Positions 1 to 9,509 of a stretch of DNA of 48,110 nucleotides are shown here, piece by piece (positions within the stretch are counted from its first letter, which is position 1; every line of letters starts with the position of its first letter). Source of the stretch: Rhodobiaceae bacterium (GTDB taxonomy: Bacteria; Pseudomonadota; Alphaproteobacteria; RS24); the NCBI GenBank assembly GCA_038105345.1, contig JAYOCI010000002.1, positions 1-48,110 of the forward strand, given 5' to 3'. The translations under genes were made by a program, and so were the position numbers. A model generated the notes under the pieces. The model did not search any database and had not been told where the DNA came from. It worked only from the letters and a program-made list of their open reading frames with translations.

Positions 1-319
1 CAATATGCGCTGATTGCGCATGAACGCGGACTTGCACTTCGGCATTTTGCCAATGAAAACCATCCTGCTCATAGCCAATATCTTTGACGGCGGCGCGGGC
101 AATGGCTTCCATTTCTTCCGCCGATACCAAACCATCGGGGCGCACTTCGCCAGCCAAAACAATCAAATTCGTTGTCGTCAGCGTTTCAACCGCCACGCGG
201 GCGTCAGATTGACGAGCCAAAAAGGCATCAAGAACACTGTCGGAAATCCGGTCGCAGACTTTATCGGGATGCCCTTCGGATACAGATTCACTGGTGAAAA
301 TATATGATTGGCGCGGCAT
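1..319 (-). CDS. metK: S-adenosylmethionine synthase, N-terminal part (gene continues beyond window start)
   Basis: Open at the window edge, so absent from the ORF track. My reverse-strand translation from ATG 319-317 reads [63 protein letters not shown], the canonical MetK N-terminus (GHPDK). GGAG lies 8 nt upstream. The listed + ORF 14..307 is its antisense shadow. Confidence 0.93.
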   Translation of the reverse strand, partial: MPRQSYIFTSESVSEGHPDKVCDRISDSVLDAFLARQSDARVAVETLTTTNLIVLAGEVRPDGLVSAEEMEAIARAAVKDIGYEQDGFHWQNAEVQVRVHAQSAHI

Positions 320-380
320 GTTGCAAACTCCAGGGTTAAAAGTTGGAAGTGTTTTCGCAGTTGCAGCCGCTTTGGTCAAG

Positions 381-803
381 TTAGGACTTTTCTTCATTGG
401 AAACGCGGGCGATATCCTCAACCATTGCTAGGAGTTTGCGCCGCGTCTCACCATCTTCTATTTGCAGATAAGCTTGATTGAGCTGCACGCCTTCGCCGCT
501 TGAAACAAAATCAAGATAGGGTGCCATCGGATTGTCTTCTTGAAACGCGCCATATTCATTGGGTTGACTGGTGGGTTTCAGCCCGTCAAAGAAATAACTC
601 ACGGGCACTCTGAGCGCCGTGGCCAGCTCGAAAAGCCGACTGGCTGAAATCCGGTTAATGCCTTTTTCATATTTTTGAACCTGCTGAAAAGTCAGAGCCA
701 GCTCTTCACCGAGCGCTTCTTGACTCATTTGCAGCATCAACCGGCGCAAGCGCACGCGCGAGCCAATATATGCATCTATTTCATGTTGTTTCTTCCGAGG
801 CAT
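381..803 (-). CDS. XRE/Cro-family helix-turn-helix transcriptional regulator
   Basis: The ORF has the HTH core [40 protein letters not shown] lies 2 nt from ATG 809 but 8 nt from ATG 803, so I prefer 803 (the ORF maximum is 809). Confidence 0.85.
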   Translation of the reverse strand: MPRKKQHEIDAYIGSRVRLRRLMLQMSQEALGEELALTFQQVQKYEKGINRISASRLFELATALRVPVSYFFDGLKPTSQPNEYGAFQEDNPMAPYLDFVSSGEGVQLNQAYLQIEDGETRRKLLAMVEDIARVSNEEKS

Positions 804-877
804 CGGCATGTTCCTTTTTTATTATTATCAAGAACACCTTAACTATGCGTTAGTCGGCCACAGACCGCAACGGATTT

Positions 878-2428
878 TTAGCCGCTACGCGCCCCACGCA
901 TGGCCAAGCCAATCAGCCCCATGAGCAAGAGGCATAAGGCGAAAAAAACCGTGTCGCCAAATTTCGCATAGAGGCCGAGAGATAATGGCTTGGGCAGATT
1001 GACACTCAGCGTGCCACTTTGGCCCAGCGGCAAAGCACCCAATAGCCGTCCATGACCATCAAAGGCCGCAGAAATACCCGTATTGGCGCTGCGCACCAAT
1101 GGCAGCCCTTGTTCAATGGCGCGCAGCCGCACATGTGCCAAATGCTGGCGCGGCCCAATGCTTTTGCCAAACCAACCATCATTGGTCATATTGGCCAGCC
1201 AAGCCGGCCGCTCAGCCGCATCGGTTAGCAAGGGAAATATCGCCTCATAGCAAATCAGGGGCGCCACAGTCGGTATCACCTGATTGCCAAAACGCGCCGC
1301 CGGAGGCCCGGCCTCATAGCCGCCGCGCAATTTTGTCAATTGCTGCAGGCCAATGGCTTCAAGCAAACCCTGCATGGGCAAATATTCTCCAAACGGCACG
1401 AGCTGATGTTTATCGCTGCGCTGCAAAAGTTGGCCATCACCGCGCCACAACATGGCGGCGTTAAAATAGACGGTTTTGCCATTAATTGTTTGCCGCCGAA
1501 CAGCGCCAGTCATGAGATGCACATCGGCATGCGGCAGCTCAGCCCGTAAGGCGTCGCCAAACCACGGCGTTTCATCAATCAAAGCTGGTATGGCGGTCTC
1601 CGGCCAAATAATTAATTGCGTCTTCGGCGCCGCCTTCAAACCCGCCAATGTGACCTGAAAGGTCTAATCAATATTGGCGCGGCGTTTGTCATCTTGCCAT
1701 TTCTCTTGCTGATCCAAATTGGGCTGAACCAATAAAATCGACAAGCCAGAACGATCAGCGCGCTGGGCCTCGCTGCCAGCAAGCACAACAGCCGAGTAAA
1801 TAAAGGCAGATAAAAATAGGGCGGCGCTGACCAGCGGCATGCCTCTGGCGCGGCTGACCAGAAACACCGCGCTGAGCAAGGCCATCAGCCCAAGGCCGTG
1901 AACCCCCAGCATATTGGTCGGCTGAGCTAAATAGAGCCAACTGCCCCAAGCCATTGATGGCAGGTTCCACGGCAGGCCAGTTAAAATATTAGCGCGGCAA
2001 TATTCGGCGAGCGCCAGCAGCACGGCCAGATAAATCAGCGCGACAAGACGTGTCGGTTGTTGCCGCAGGGCTTTTAAACTAATGCCGAAAACGCCCAGAG
2101 CCAGCGCCGGAAAAAGCCCCAAACCAGCCGGTAATAGGGTGACGGCAAAAGGCAGAAGCCAAAGAAACACTTCGGCATCGACCAAAAACGCCTCACCCAG
2201 CCAATATAGGCCGGTGAAAAACTGCCCAAAGCCAAACAGCCAGCCGATGATGAATAATTGCTTTGGCGATTGGCGATGGACAAATGCCAGATAGAAAACC
2301 GTGGCGAAACTGAGATAAAAAATTGGCAAAAGACCAAACGGCGCATAGGCCAGCGGCATGGCGGCCCCCAAAATCAAAGCCATCCAATACGGGTGCCGCA
2401 GGCTAAGCTGACGCCAGCGTGTTATCAT
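878..2428 (-). pseudogene. lnt: apolipoprotein N-acyltransferase interrupted by one in-frame TAG (1666-1664)
   Basis: There are two same-frame ORFs. 1664..2428 is a polytopic membrane domain. 878..1648 is a CN-hydrolase domain with IIWPETA, DKHQLVPFGEY and LICYEAIF (the Lnt Glu/Lys/Cys triad) and a C-terminal TM helix. Read-through gives ...KRRANID*TFQVTLAGLKAAPK..., colinear with full-length Lnt. ATG 2428 overlaps the corC stop (ATGA). Confidence 0.9.
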
Positions 2429-3309
2429 TGTTCCGGTGCAGGACGGCTTTTAATGTCGACGATTTTAATCCGTCGAGGGTCGCCGTCACGAATGACGAAT
2501 TCAACCTCGCAACCATCCTCAAATTGATAGCTAATCATTTCGCCGCGCTCGGGCACGCGTCCTGCAATCGCAAAAACCAGACCGCCGAGCGTGTCAATAT
2601 CCTCAAAGTCAGCGTCATTGGAAAATGGCAGAGCCAATTTCTCTTCCAGCTCAGCCACTGTCACGCGGGCTTGCGCGCGCCAATGACCAGCGCTTTCTTG
2701 GCGCAATAAACTCGCCCCGTTTTCGTCATGCTCATCTTCAATGTCACCGACGATTTCTTCGATCAAATCTTCAATCGTCACCAAGCCATCAGTGCCGCCA
2801 TATTCGTCAATCACCAAAGCCATATGGCTATGCGTTGCTTGCATTTTCAGCAGAAGGTCAATGGCTGGCATGGAGGGTGGCACGAAAATCACCGGCCGAA
2901 TAAGACGATGCACATCAATATCATTGATATCGTCATTTTCATGCATGGCCGACATTAAGTCTTTCACATGCAGCATGCCCAGCGGTTGGTCTAATGTGTC
3001 GCGGTAAATCGGCATACGCGAGTGACCGCAATCAGCGAATTGGGCCAGCACCTGGCGTTGAGGGCTTTCGATTTCTGTCGCTTCAATATCAGCCCGCGGC
3101 ACCATGACGTGTTCAATGCGCACGTCGCGAAAGCCCAATAAATTGCGCAGCATATGTAGCTCTTCGCGCGAGAATCCATCTTCTTCACCGGCCGCGCTAT
3201 CGCCCAAAACATCTTCAATGCTCTCGCGCACGCTACCCTCGCTCGAGCCAAAAATCTGGCTCCACCAACGGGCCCAGAACGGGCTATTAGAAGGGGTTGA
3301 CGAACTCAT
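2425..3309 (-). CDS. corC: CorC/HlyC-family (TlyC-like) CBS-domain divalent-cation transport protein
   Basis: 294 aa with a CBS-pair region followed by a CorC_HlyC-type C-terminal domain. It sits in the conserved position between ybeY and lnt. Its ATG overlaps the ybeY TGA (ATGA at 3306-3309). Confidence 0.9.
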   Translation of the reverse strand: MSSSTPSNSPFWARWWSQIFGSSEGSVRESIEDVLGDSAAGEEDGFSREELHMLRNLLGFRDVRIEHVMVPRADIEATEIESPQRQVLAQFADCGHSRMPIYRDTLDQPLGMLHVKDLMSAMHENDDINDIDVHRLIRPVIFVPPSMPAIDLLLKMQATHSHMALVIDEYGGTDGLVTIEDLIEEIVGDIEDEHDENGASLLRQESAGHWRAQARVTVAELEEKLALPFSNDADFEDIDTLGGLVFAIAGRVPERGEMISYQFEDGCEVEFVIRDGDPRRIKIVDIKSRPAPEQ

Positions 3310-3869
3310 GAGGGGTCTCCCGAAGTCGAATTAAGATAAGGGTCAGCAATGCCGCATTGTGCCAAAAGGCTGACTTCCAATTGTTCCATATGCGTGGCTT
3401 GCGCTTCTTCTTGATGGTCATGGCCAATCAAATGTAACAGGCCGTGGGTTAATAAATGCCGCGCATGATCAGACAAGCTCACGCCGGCTTCCGCCGCTTC
3501 GCGGGCCACGGTTTCATAGGCCATAATAATATCGCCAAGCAAAATCGGCGGCGCTGGAAAATCATCTGCCGTCGCCGGTTGCGCGAAGTCCAAAGCCGGA
3601 AAAGACAAAACATTGGTCGGCTTATCTTTACCACGATAGCTTTGGTTCAACTGTTGCACGGCGGCATCATTTTCCAGCACAAGGCTCAATTCACAAGCCG
3701 GCAGCGCCAGCGCCTGCCAGACAAATTGTCCATGTGTGTGTAAATCGGCAACCAAGGGCTGCCAGCGTGTTTCGGCGACACTGGTGTCAATCGTCAGCTT
3801 ATCGGCCGGACTGTCAGGCTCCGGATCGTCGCTCAGCACAGCGGATTGTTGGTTATTATTTTTCATCAT
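3306..3869 (-). CDS. ybeY: rRNA maturation endoribonuclease YbeY
   Basis: Zinc motif HGLLHLIGHDH. ATG 3869 is preceded by GAGAAG; the ORF maximum at 3875 is a TTG. The gene overlaps the phoH 3' end. Confidence 0.92.
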   Translation of the reverse strand: MMKNNNQQSAVLSDDPEPDSPADKLTIDTSVAETRWQPLVADLHTHGQFVWQALALPACELSLVLENDAAVQQLNQSYRGKDKPTNVLSFPALDFAQPATADDFPAPPILLGDIIMAYETVAREAAEAGVSLSDHARHLLTHGLLHLIGHDHQEEAQATHMEQLEVSLLAQCGIADPYLNSTSGDPS

Positions 3870-5019
3870 TGTCAACTTCTCGTGAAGGCTCTTTGGTTGG
3901 CTTTGGCGCAGCCGGTTTATGGCGCCGTTGATTATGGGCCGGCAAAACTGTGTCGCGTTTATTATAGGCTTTCACGATGCGTGTCACCAAATCATGACGC
4001 ACCACATCCTCTTCGCCAAATTCGATAATCTCCACACCCTTCACTTTTGGCAAAATTTCAAGCGCGTCTTTGAGGCCCGATTTGGCGCCAAATGGCAAAT
4101 CAATCTGACTAGGGTCACCCGTAATGACCATGCGCGAATTTTCACCCATACGGGTTAAGAACATTTTCATCTGCATTGGCGTGGCATTTTGAGACTCGTC
4201 GAGAATGACAAATGAATTGCTCAATGTGCGGCCACGCATGAAGGCCAATGGGGCAATCTCAATTTCACCCGACTCCAGTGACCGCGTCACTTGTGGGCCG
4301 GGCAACATGTCATAAAGCGCGTCGTAAAGCGGGCGCAAATAGGGGTCGACTTTGTCGCGCATATCGCCCGGCAAAAAGCCGAGGCTTTCACCGGCTTCAA
4401 CCGCTGGGCGCGATAGAATAATCCGATCGACTTTGCCGTCGACCAACATGGCGGCAGCGGCCGCCACCGCCAAATAGGTTTTACCCGTCCCGGCTGGGCC
4501 TGTGCCGACGACCAATTCGCGGTTCATCAGCGCGTTAATATAGGCCGCTTGCGTCGGTGAGCGCGGCAGCACTTCGCGCCGATGTGTGCGAATGGCCGTC
4601 ATATCGCCGAGACGTTTTACATTTGCCCCGCTACCAGATTTGCGGCTGGCTTTTGACGGCGTTTCGCTTTTGCTCATAGTTTTTCCTATTGTTGAAGAAG
4701 GGGTCGTGACAAATGAGTCAAGGCTGAGGCGCAAGGCCCCGTCAACATCGCCGCGCGTCACTTCAGCACCGCGCTGCAAGTGATGATAGAGTGTGTTCAA
4801 CACTAATTCGGCGCGCCCGCAGGCTTGCGCTTCACCGGTGACGAACACTTGATTGCCGCGATTGACCAAAGACACGTCCAATGCCTCTTCGATACGCGTC
4901 AAATGCGCGCCATAAGCACCGTAAAGCTCGGGGAGCAGACGATTATTATCGAATTCAAGAACCAATTTGGCATCGGTATTGTTTCGGGCCGTAACCGTTT
5001 GATCAATTGGGCGGCTCAA
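3856..5019 (-). CDS. phoH: PhoH-family ATPase (YbeZ-like)
   Basis: Walker A GPAGTGKTY and ILDESQN. The TTG start at 5019 is preceded by GAGGTGG. It sits in the conserved miaB-phoH-ybeY-corC-lnt order. Confidence 0.9.
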   Translation of the reverse strand: MSRPIDQTVTARNNTDAKLVLEFDNNRLLPELYGAYGAHLTRIEEALDVSLVNRGNQVFVTGEAQACGRAELVLNTLYHHLQRGAEVTRGDVDGALRLSLDSFVTTPSSTIGKTMSKSETPSKASRKSGSGANVKRLGDMTAIRTHRREVLPRSPTQAAYINALMNRELVVGTGPAGTGKTYLAVAAAAAMLVDGKVDRIILSRPAVEAGESLGFLPGDMRDKVDPYLRPLYDALYDMLPGPQVTRSLESGEIEIAPLAFMRGRTLSNSFVILDESQNATPMQMKMFLTRMGENSRMVITGDPSQIDLPFGAKSGLKDALEILPKVKGVEIIEFGEEDVVRHDLVTRIVKAYNKRDTVLPAHNQRRHKPAAPKPTKEPSREVDNDEK

Positions 5020-5072
5020 GAGGCCACCTCGCTGAATTCTAATTTAGATATTAAAATCACCATCTAACTGAA

Positions 5073-5101
5073 ATTATCGATAAATTTTGCTCATTAGGCA
5101 A
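5073..5101 (-). promoter_or_regulatory. candidate sigma-70-type promoter for phoH-ybeY-corC-lnt
   Basis: The minus strand reads TTGCCT-N17-GATAAT inside the AT-rich 113-nt miaB-phoH spacer, about 47 nt upstream of the phoH TTG. Confidence 0.3.
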
Positions 5102-5132
5102 GCCTTAAAAGCCCATGCGGCTTTGGCACAGA

Positions 5133-6527
5133 TTAATCGCCATCGCTCAAATGCCCGCTCAAACTATTATTATGGGCGGCACTGATGGCGACCGGCAAAA
5201 TCCGTCCGCGCACCGACTCCATAATCGCTTCATCCATGGTGACATGCACAGTTTGCAAATAAGGGCTGCGGCCCGACATTTGACCGCTTTTCTTGCTCGG
5301 CTTGTCGAACAATACAGGCAAGATATTGCCAACTTGCGCCTCATTAAAAGCCCGCTGCTGCTCATTCAGCAAATTTTGTAAATGATGCAAACGGGCGGTC
5401 TTAACCGCCTCGTCGACTTGTCGCTCATCCTCGGCCGCTGGCGTGCCCGGACGCGGCGAATATTTGAACGAATAAGCCTGCGCATAGGTTACCTGCTCGA
5501 TCAGCGCCATAGTGGCATCAAAATCAGCGTCACTTTCGCCGGGAAAACCGACAATGAAATCTGACGATAGGGCAATATCCGGACGCACGGCGCGGAAACG
5601 AGCGACCAGCTCAATATAGTCAGCCGCACTATGTTTGCGGTTCATCGCCGTAAGAATATTGTCCGAGCCAGCCTGCACCGGAAGATGCAAATAAGGCATG
5701 AGCTTTTGGTTATTGCCATGTGCGGCAATCAATGCCTCATCCATATCGCGCGGATGGCTGGTGGTGAAACGCAAGCGTTCAATACCAGCAATCGCCCCCA
5801 ATTGCTCAAGCAGACCGTCAAGCCGCAACCCGCTTTGGCGATCCTGCCAAGCGTTGACATTTTGCCCCAAAAGCGTGACCTCGCACACGCCCTGATCTAC
5901 CAAGGCTTGCGTTTCAGCGATAATATCTGCCGTTGGCCGCGAGACTTCTTCGCCGCGCGTATAGGGCACAACGCAAAATGTGCAGAATTTATCGCAGCCC
6001 TCTTGCACTGTCACAAAAGCACTGGGACTGCGGGTGATGGGCGCACGGGTGACGGATTTCAGCGCGGTAAATTTTTCCGCCGCCGGAAACTCAGTGCGCA
6101 CCAAACGCGGTTTTTTGCCCTTGGCGCGCAGGGCATGAACTTCTTGCAACATATCGGGCAATTGCTGAAACGTTTGCGGGCCAAATACCATATCCACGAC
6201 GGGCGCGCGGGCGATAATCTCAGCCCCTTCCGCTTGCGCCACACAGCCGGCGACAGCAATCACCATATCGTCTTTTTTCTTTTTTAATGGCTTGATGCGA
6301 CCAATATCGGAATAGACTTTCTGCACCGCTTTTTCACGAATATGGCAAGTGTTCAAAATGACCATATCGGCATCATCAGCGGTTTCAACCTGCTGATAGC
6401 CAGACAGCGCCAAGGCCTCAGCCATGCGCTCGCTGTCATAGACATTCATCTGGCATCCATAAGTCTTGATGTAACACTTCTTTGTGTTGCGCGACTCGAC
6501 TGCCGATATTTTCTGTTCCTCGATCAT
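5133..6527 (-). CDS. miaB: tRNA (N6-isopentenyl adenosine(37)-C2)-methylthiotransferase
   Basis: N-terminal domain [15 protein letters not shown], radical-SAM CDKFCTFC, and a TRAM-like C-terminus. The ORF track extends to 6650, but that extension overlaps the upstream gene. ATG 6527 (MIEEQK...) leaves a 10-nt spacer. Confidence 0.93.
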   Translation of the reverse strand: MIEEQKISAVESRNTKKCYIKTYGCQMNVYDSERMAEALALSGYQQVETADDADMVILNTCHIREKAVQKVYSDIGRIKPLKKKKDDMVIAVAGCVAQAEGAEIIARAPVVDMVFGPQTFQQLPDMLQEVHALRAKGKKPRLVRTEFPAAEKFTALKSVTRAPITRSPSAFVTVQEGCDKFCTFCVVPYTRGEEVSRPTADIIAETQALVDQGVCEVTLLGQNVNAWQDRQSGLRLDGLLEQLGAIAGIERLRFTTSHPRDMDEALIAAHGNNQKLMPYLHLPVQAGSDNILTAMNRKHSAADYIELVARFRAVRPDIALSSDFIVGFPGESDADFDATMALIEQVTYAQAYSFKYSPRPGTPAAEDERQVDEAVKTARLHHLQNLLNEQQRAFNEAQVGNILPVLFDKPSKKSGQMSGRSPYLQTVHVTMDEAIMESVRGRILPVAISAAHNNSLSGHLSDGD

Positions 6528-6537
6528 CTTGCTTGGC

Positions 6538-7329
6538 TTAGCGGTTTTCCGCATTGGCGGCAAGGCGTCGGCACAAAATATCGTCGAGACCATTGCGCAC
6601 GACTTGCTCGCTGGCCCGCGCCATGGATTTGCGATCGGCCATATCCGCACCAGCTAAAGGCGGGTGGAAGACAATATCCACGGTCAGCGGGGGCGTGCCG
6701 AAAATCGACAGTAAATGCGGCAAAAACGCTACATCGCCGACCCATGCATAAGTCTGGCGCTGTCGACGGCCCATGGCAATATTGCACAAATCGCTAAATG
6801 CCATGCTCATTGGCTGCACTTGCACGGGCTGAGCTTGCCGCTCAACTGAGGCAAATAAAGATGACTTAAAGGGCAAGACCCGCAAACCGTCGGTGCTGGT
6901 GCCTTCGGGGAATAATACCAGCCGGTCTTTGGCGGCCAAGCGGCGGGCCAATTGATTGCTGGTCGTCAGCGTATGGCGGCCCGGTTGGCGGTCAACAAAA
7001 ACCGTGCGCTGCAATTGTGCCAAGAGGCCAAATAGCGGCCAAGTTTTCACTTCTTTTTTGGCAACAAAAGACACAGGCGCAATCGAGCCAATTAAAACAA
7101 TGTCGAACCAAGACAAATGATTGCACACCAAAAGCGCGCCCTTAATCGGCTCAGCGCCCCATGTGCGCACCCGCACGCCGAGCAGTTTCAACATCATGCG
7201 GTGATAAAAAATCGGAATGACATCGCGCAGGCGCGGCACAAACACGAAAATAATCTGCAATGGCAATAACACAAATGTGAAAGCCAAGAAGATAATGCAG
7301 CGGAAAAATATTTTTACAAAACGCGCCAT
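6538..7329 (-). CDS. lysophospholipid (1-acyl-sn-glycerol-3-phosphate) acyltransferase family protein
   Basis: N-terminal TM helix, an HX4D block (NHLSWFD) and an FPEGT block. Confidence 0.8.
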   Translation of the reverse strand: MARFVKIFFRCIIFLAFTFVLLPLQIIFVFVPRLRDVIPIFYHRMMLKLLGVRVRTWGAEPIKGALLVCNHLSWFDIVLIGSIAPVSFVAKKEVKTWPLFGLLAQLQRTVFVDRQPGRHTLTTSNQLARRLAAKDRLVLFPEGTSTDGLRVLPFKSSLFASVERQAQPVQVQPMSMAFSDLCNIAMGRRQRQTYAWVGDVAFLPHLLSIFGTPPLTVDIVFHPPLAGADMADRKSMARASEQVVRNGLDDILCRRLAANAENR

Positions 7330-7336
7330 CGGGTGA

Positions 7337-7756
7337 CTAGTCGTCTTTATCTAGCGGCACAGCATATAATTCAAGCCTATGATCAACCAAACGATAGCCG
7401 AGCTTGCGTGCCACTTCGGTTTGCAAACGCTCAATTTCTTCATTGGTAAACTCAATCACCCGCCCTGAGTGAATATCAATCAAGTGATCGTGATGATCTT
7501 CAGTCGCAGGCTCATAGCGCGAGCGGCCATCGCCGAAATCATGGCGTTCTAAAATGCCCGCTTCTTCAAACATCCGCACGGTGCGATAGACAGTGGCAAT
7601 GGAAATCGCTTCGTCCTGCGCCGAGGCGCGGCGATAAACTTCCTCAACATCGGGGTGGTCATCAGCCGCTGATAAGACGCGGGCAATCACCCGACGCTGT
7701 TCCGTCATACGCATGCCAGCTGAAACTGCCGCCGCTTCAATATCTGATGGGTTCAT
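7337..7756 (-). CDS. fur: Fur-family metalloregulator (cysteine-free Fur/Mur type common in alphaproteobacteria)
   Basis: Winged-helix region TVYRTVRMFEEAGIL and metal site HHDHLIDIHSGRVIEF...VDHRLELY. AAGG lies 7 nt before ATG 7756; the ORF maximum is 7762. Confidence 0.88.
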   Translation of the reverse strand: MNPSDIEAAAVSAGMRMTEQRRVIARVLSAADDHPDVEEVYRRASAQDEAISIATVYRTVRMFEEAGILERHDFGDGRSRYEPATEDHHDHLIDIHSGRVIEFTNEEIERLQTEVARKLGYRLVDHRLELYAVPLDKDD

Positions 7757-7773
7757 AGTCATGCCTTAAACTA

Positions 7774-8211
7774 TCACAGCCGATTTGATAAATCACGCTG
7801 CATCAGAACCGCATCGACATTTTCATAATAGGCCGTGCGGCGACCCGTTTCGACAAATCCGAAACCATGATAAAGCGCCAAAGCAGCCTGATTATCAGCC
7901 GCCACTTCTAAATGCCAATAGCGCACATGGCGCGGCAAAAGCCAATCCATGGCAGCGCTTAGCAAATCCTTTGCCAAACCGGCACGCCGCTTATGCGGGG
8001 CCACGGCCAGCGTCAAAATCTCAGCCTCATCGGCGACTTGCTGAAGCACGATAAAACCATCCAAGCCATCCGCGCCACGCGCCGCCAAGGCGACGCGCTG
8101 GTCTTGCGCCAAAAGCGACGCGAAACTATCGGCCGTCCACGGGCGATCAAAACAGCGCTGATGCAGGGTCGCCAAAGCCTCGGCATTTTCAAATGGCTGA
8201 ATCTTTGTCAT
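7774..8211 (-). CDS. rimI: ribosomal-protein-alanine N-acetyltransferase (GNAT)
   Basis: GNAT-fold sequence (RRAGLAKDLL..., ALALYHGFGF) in the conserved tsaB-rimI position. The start is either ATG 8211 or GTG 8226. Confidence 0.8.
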   Translation of the reverse strand: MTKIQPFENAEALATLHQRCFDRPWTADSFASLLAQDQRVALAARGADGLDGFIVLQQVADEAEILTLAVAPHKRRAGLAKDLLSAAMDWLLPRHVRYWHLEVAADNQAALALYHGFGFVETGRRTAYYENVDAVLMQRDLSNRL

Positions 8212-8215
8212 GCCT

Positions 8216-8932
8216 TTAACCGTCACTCAGGCGGCGCAACTGCTTGTCGGGATTGGGCAGGCTGGCATCGGGTGGCCGCAAATATAGCGGTTCATGATGC
8301 GGGTTGGTTGCCGCCCAAGTCTCATCGCTCAAAGCCTCAGCAAGGCGCAAGACATTGGCGGCGTGCGGATAGGGGGCGACGTCTAGAGCATGGAAGCGCT
8401 GCGCATCACGGGCGCATAATGCTTCGGCACCGGTTCCGACAACCCGAATGGCGGCATCTGGCAATAGGGTCTCAAGCGCCGCCAAGGAACACGCTTGCGG
8501 CGCGCTTATGGCTTGGTTTTCACCATCAAAAACTTGCGTGAAATAAGTGTCTCGACGGGCATCGACGGCGACAATCAATGGCTGATCAGAAGGCGCGGCG
8601 GCGGTGGCCATGGCGTGTAACGTGCCAATGGCACATAATGGCACGTCGAGCGCGAGGGCAAGGCCGCGCATCGCCGACAGGCCAACACGCACGCCGGTAA
8701 ATGTCCCCGGCCCATTTGTAACGGCCAAGCGCTGAATATGTTGCAACGGCATTTGCGCCTCAGCACATAGACGCTCAATCATCGGCATTAACGCCTCGGC
8801 ATGACCACGGGTCATGGCTTGTAAATCGGAAATAATCTCGCCGTCTTTGCGCAGAGCCACTGAACACGCGCCCTGCGTTGTATCGCAAGCCAGTAAAACC
8901 GGCTGGCTAGACAATCTGACAGGCCTCTTCAA
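8216..8932 (-). CDS. tsaB: tRNA threonylcarbamoyladenosine biosynthesis protein TsaB
   Basis: YeaZ/TsaB features LLACDTTQGACSVAL and AVTNGPGTFTGVRVG. The start is uncertain, with TTG at 8932 or 8914. Confidence 0.87.
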   Translation of the reverse strand: MKRPVRLSSQPVLLACDTTQGACSVALRKDGEIISDLQAMTRGHAEALMPMIERLCAEAQMPLQHIQRLAVTNGPGTFTGVRVGLSAMRGLALALDVPLCAIGTLHAMATAAAPSDQPLIVAVDARRDTYFTQVFDGENQAISAPQACSLAALETLLPDAAIRVVGTGAEALCARDAQRFHALDVAPYPHAANVLRLAEALSDETWAATNPHHEPLYLRPPDASLPNPDKQLRRLSDG

Positions 8933-9500
8933 AGGCTAGGCGCGGCGATCGGCCGAATACGGCATCCATATTGCCATAGCCGATATTGCACAGAAAATTG
9001 CTTTTGAAGCGACCATCAGGGAAAAACTCCTGATCAACGCCGTGTGCATCAAAGCCCGACATTGGGCCGACATCCAGACCCAAAGCACGCGCTGCCAGCA
9101 TTAAATAAGCGCCCTGCAAAGAACCATTGCGCATGGCGGTTTGGGCGGCAAACTCTTCGCTGCCGGTGAACCATTCGCGGGCACCTGGATCATGCGGGAA
9201 TAATTGCGGGATGAGATCGTAAAACTTGCTGTCATGGGCAATGATGACGCAAACCGGCGCCGCCTGTGTTTTGGGCTGATTGCTCGGCATCAAAAAGGGC
9301 AATAAACGCTTTTTGCCCGCATCGCTGGTCACAAAGACAAAGCGAGCTGGCGAACAATTGGCGCTGGTCGGCGCCATTTTCATCAAATCATATAGTGCGG
9401 TGATTTGCTCAGTCGTCACCGCCTTATCGTGGAAGTCATTGTGCGAACGGGCCTCGACAAAAAGTTGATTGAGGCTAGCTTGATCGAGCGGAGCGGACAT
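8907..9500 (-). CDS. NAD(P)H nitroreductase family protein (RutE / malonic semialdehyde reductase-like)
   Basis: 197 aa with a nitroreductase-fold N-terminus (LFVEARSHNDF...MAPTSANCSPARFVFV). AAGGAAAA lies upstream of ATG 9500. Confidence 0.8.
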   Translation of the reverse strand: MSAPLDQASLNQLFVEARSHNDFHDKAVTTEQITALYDLMKMAPTSANCSPARFVFVTSDAGKKRLLPFLMPSNQPKTQAAPVCVIIAHDSKFYDLIPQLFPHDPGAREWFTGSEEFAAQTAMRNGSLQGAYLMLAARALGLDVGPMSGFDAHGVDQEFFPDGRFKSNFLCNIGYGNMDAVFGRSPRLAFEEACQIV

Positions 9501-9509
9501 TTGTTTTCC

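Noticed and set aside
14-307. 97-aa + strand ORF at the window start
   Set aside because: The opposite strand encodes an unmistakable MetK N-terminus across the same bases, so the + ORF is an antisense shadow.
1664-1666. Stop-codon reassignment (TAG, or TAA at 34659-34661, read as sense) as an explanation for the interrupted lnt and dnaJ
   Set aside because: TAG, TAA and TGA all terminate neighbouring well-conserved genes at the expected protein lengths (for example maeB TAG, secB TAA, corC TGA). A recoded genetic code is therefore not supported.
6528-6650. N-terminal extension of the miaB ORF overlapping the plsC-like gene by 113 nt
   Set aside because: The conserved MiaB N-domain begins just after ATG 6527, and the extension has no family similarity.
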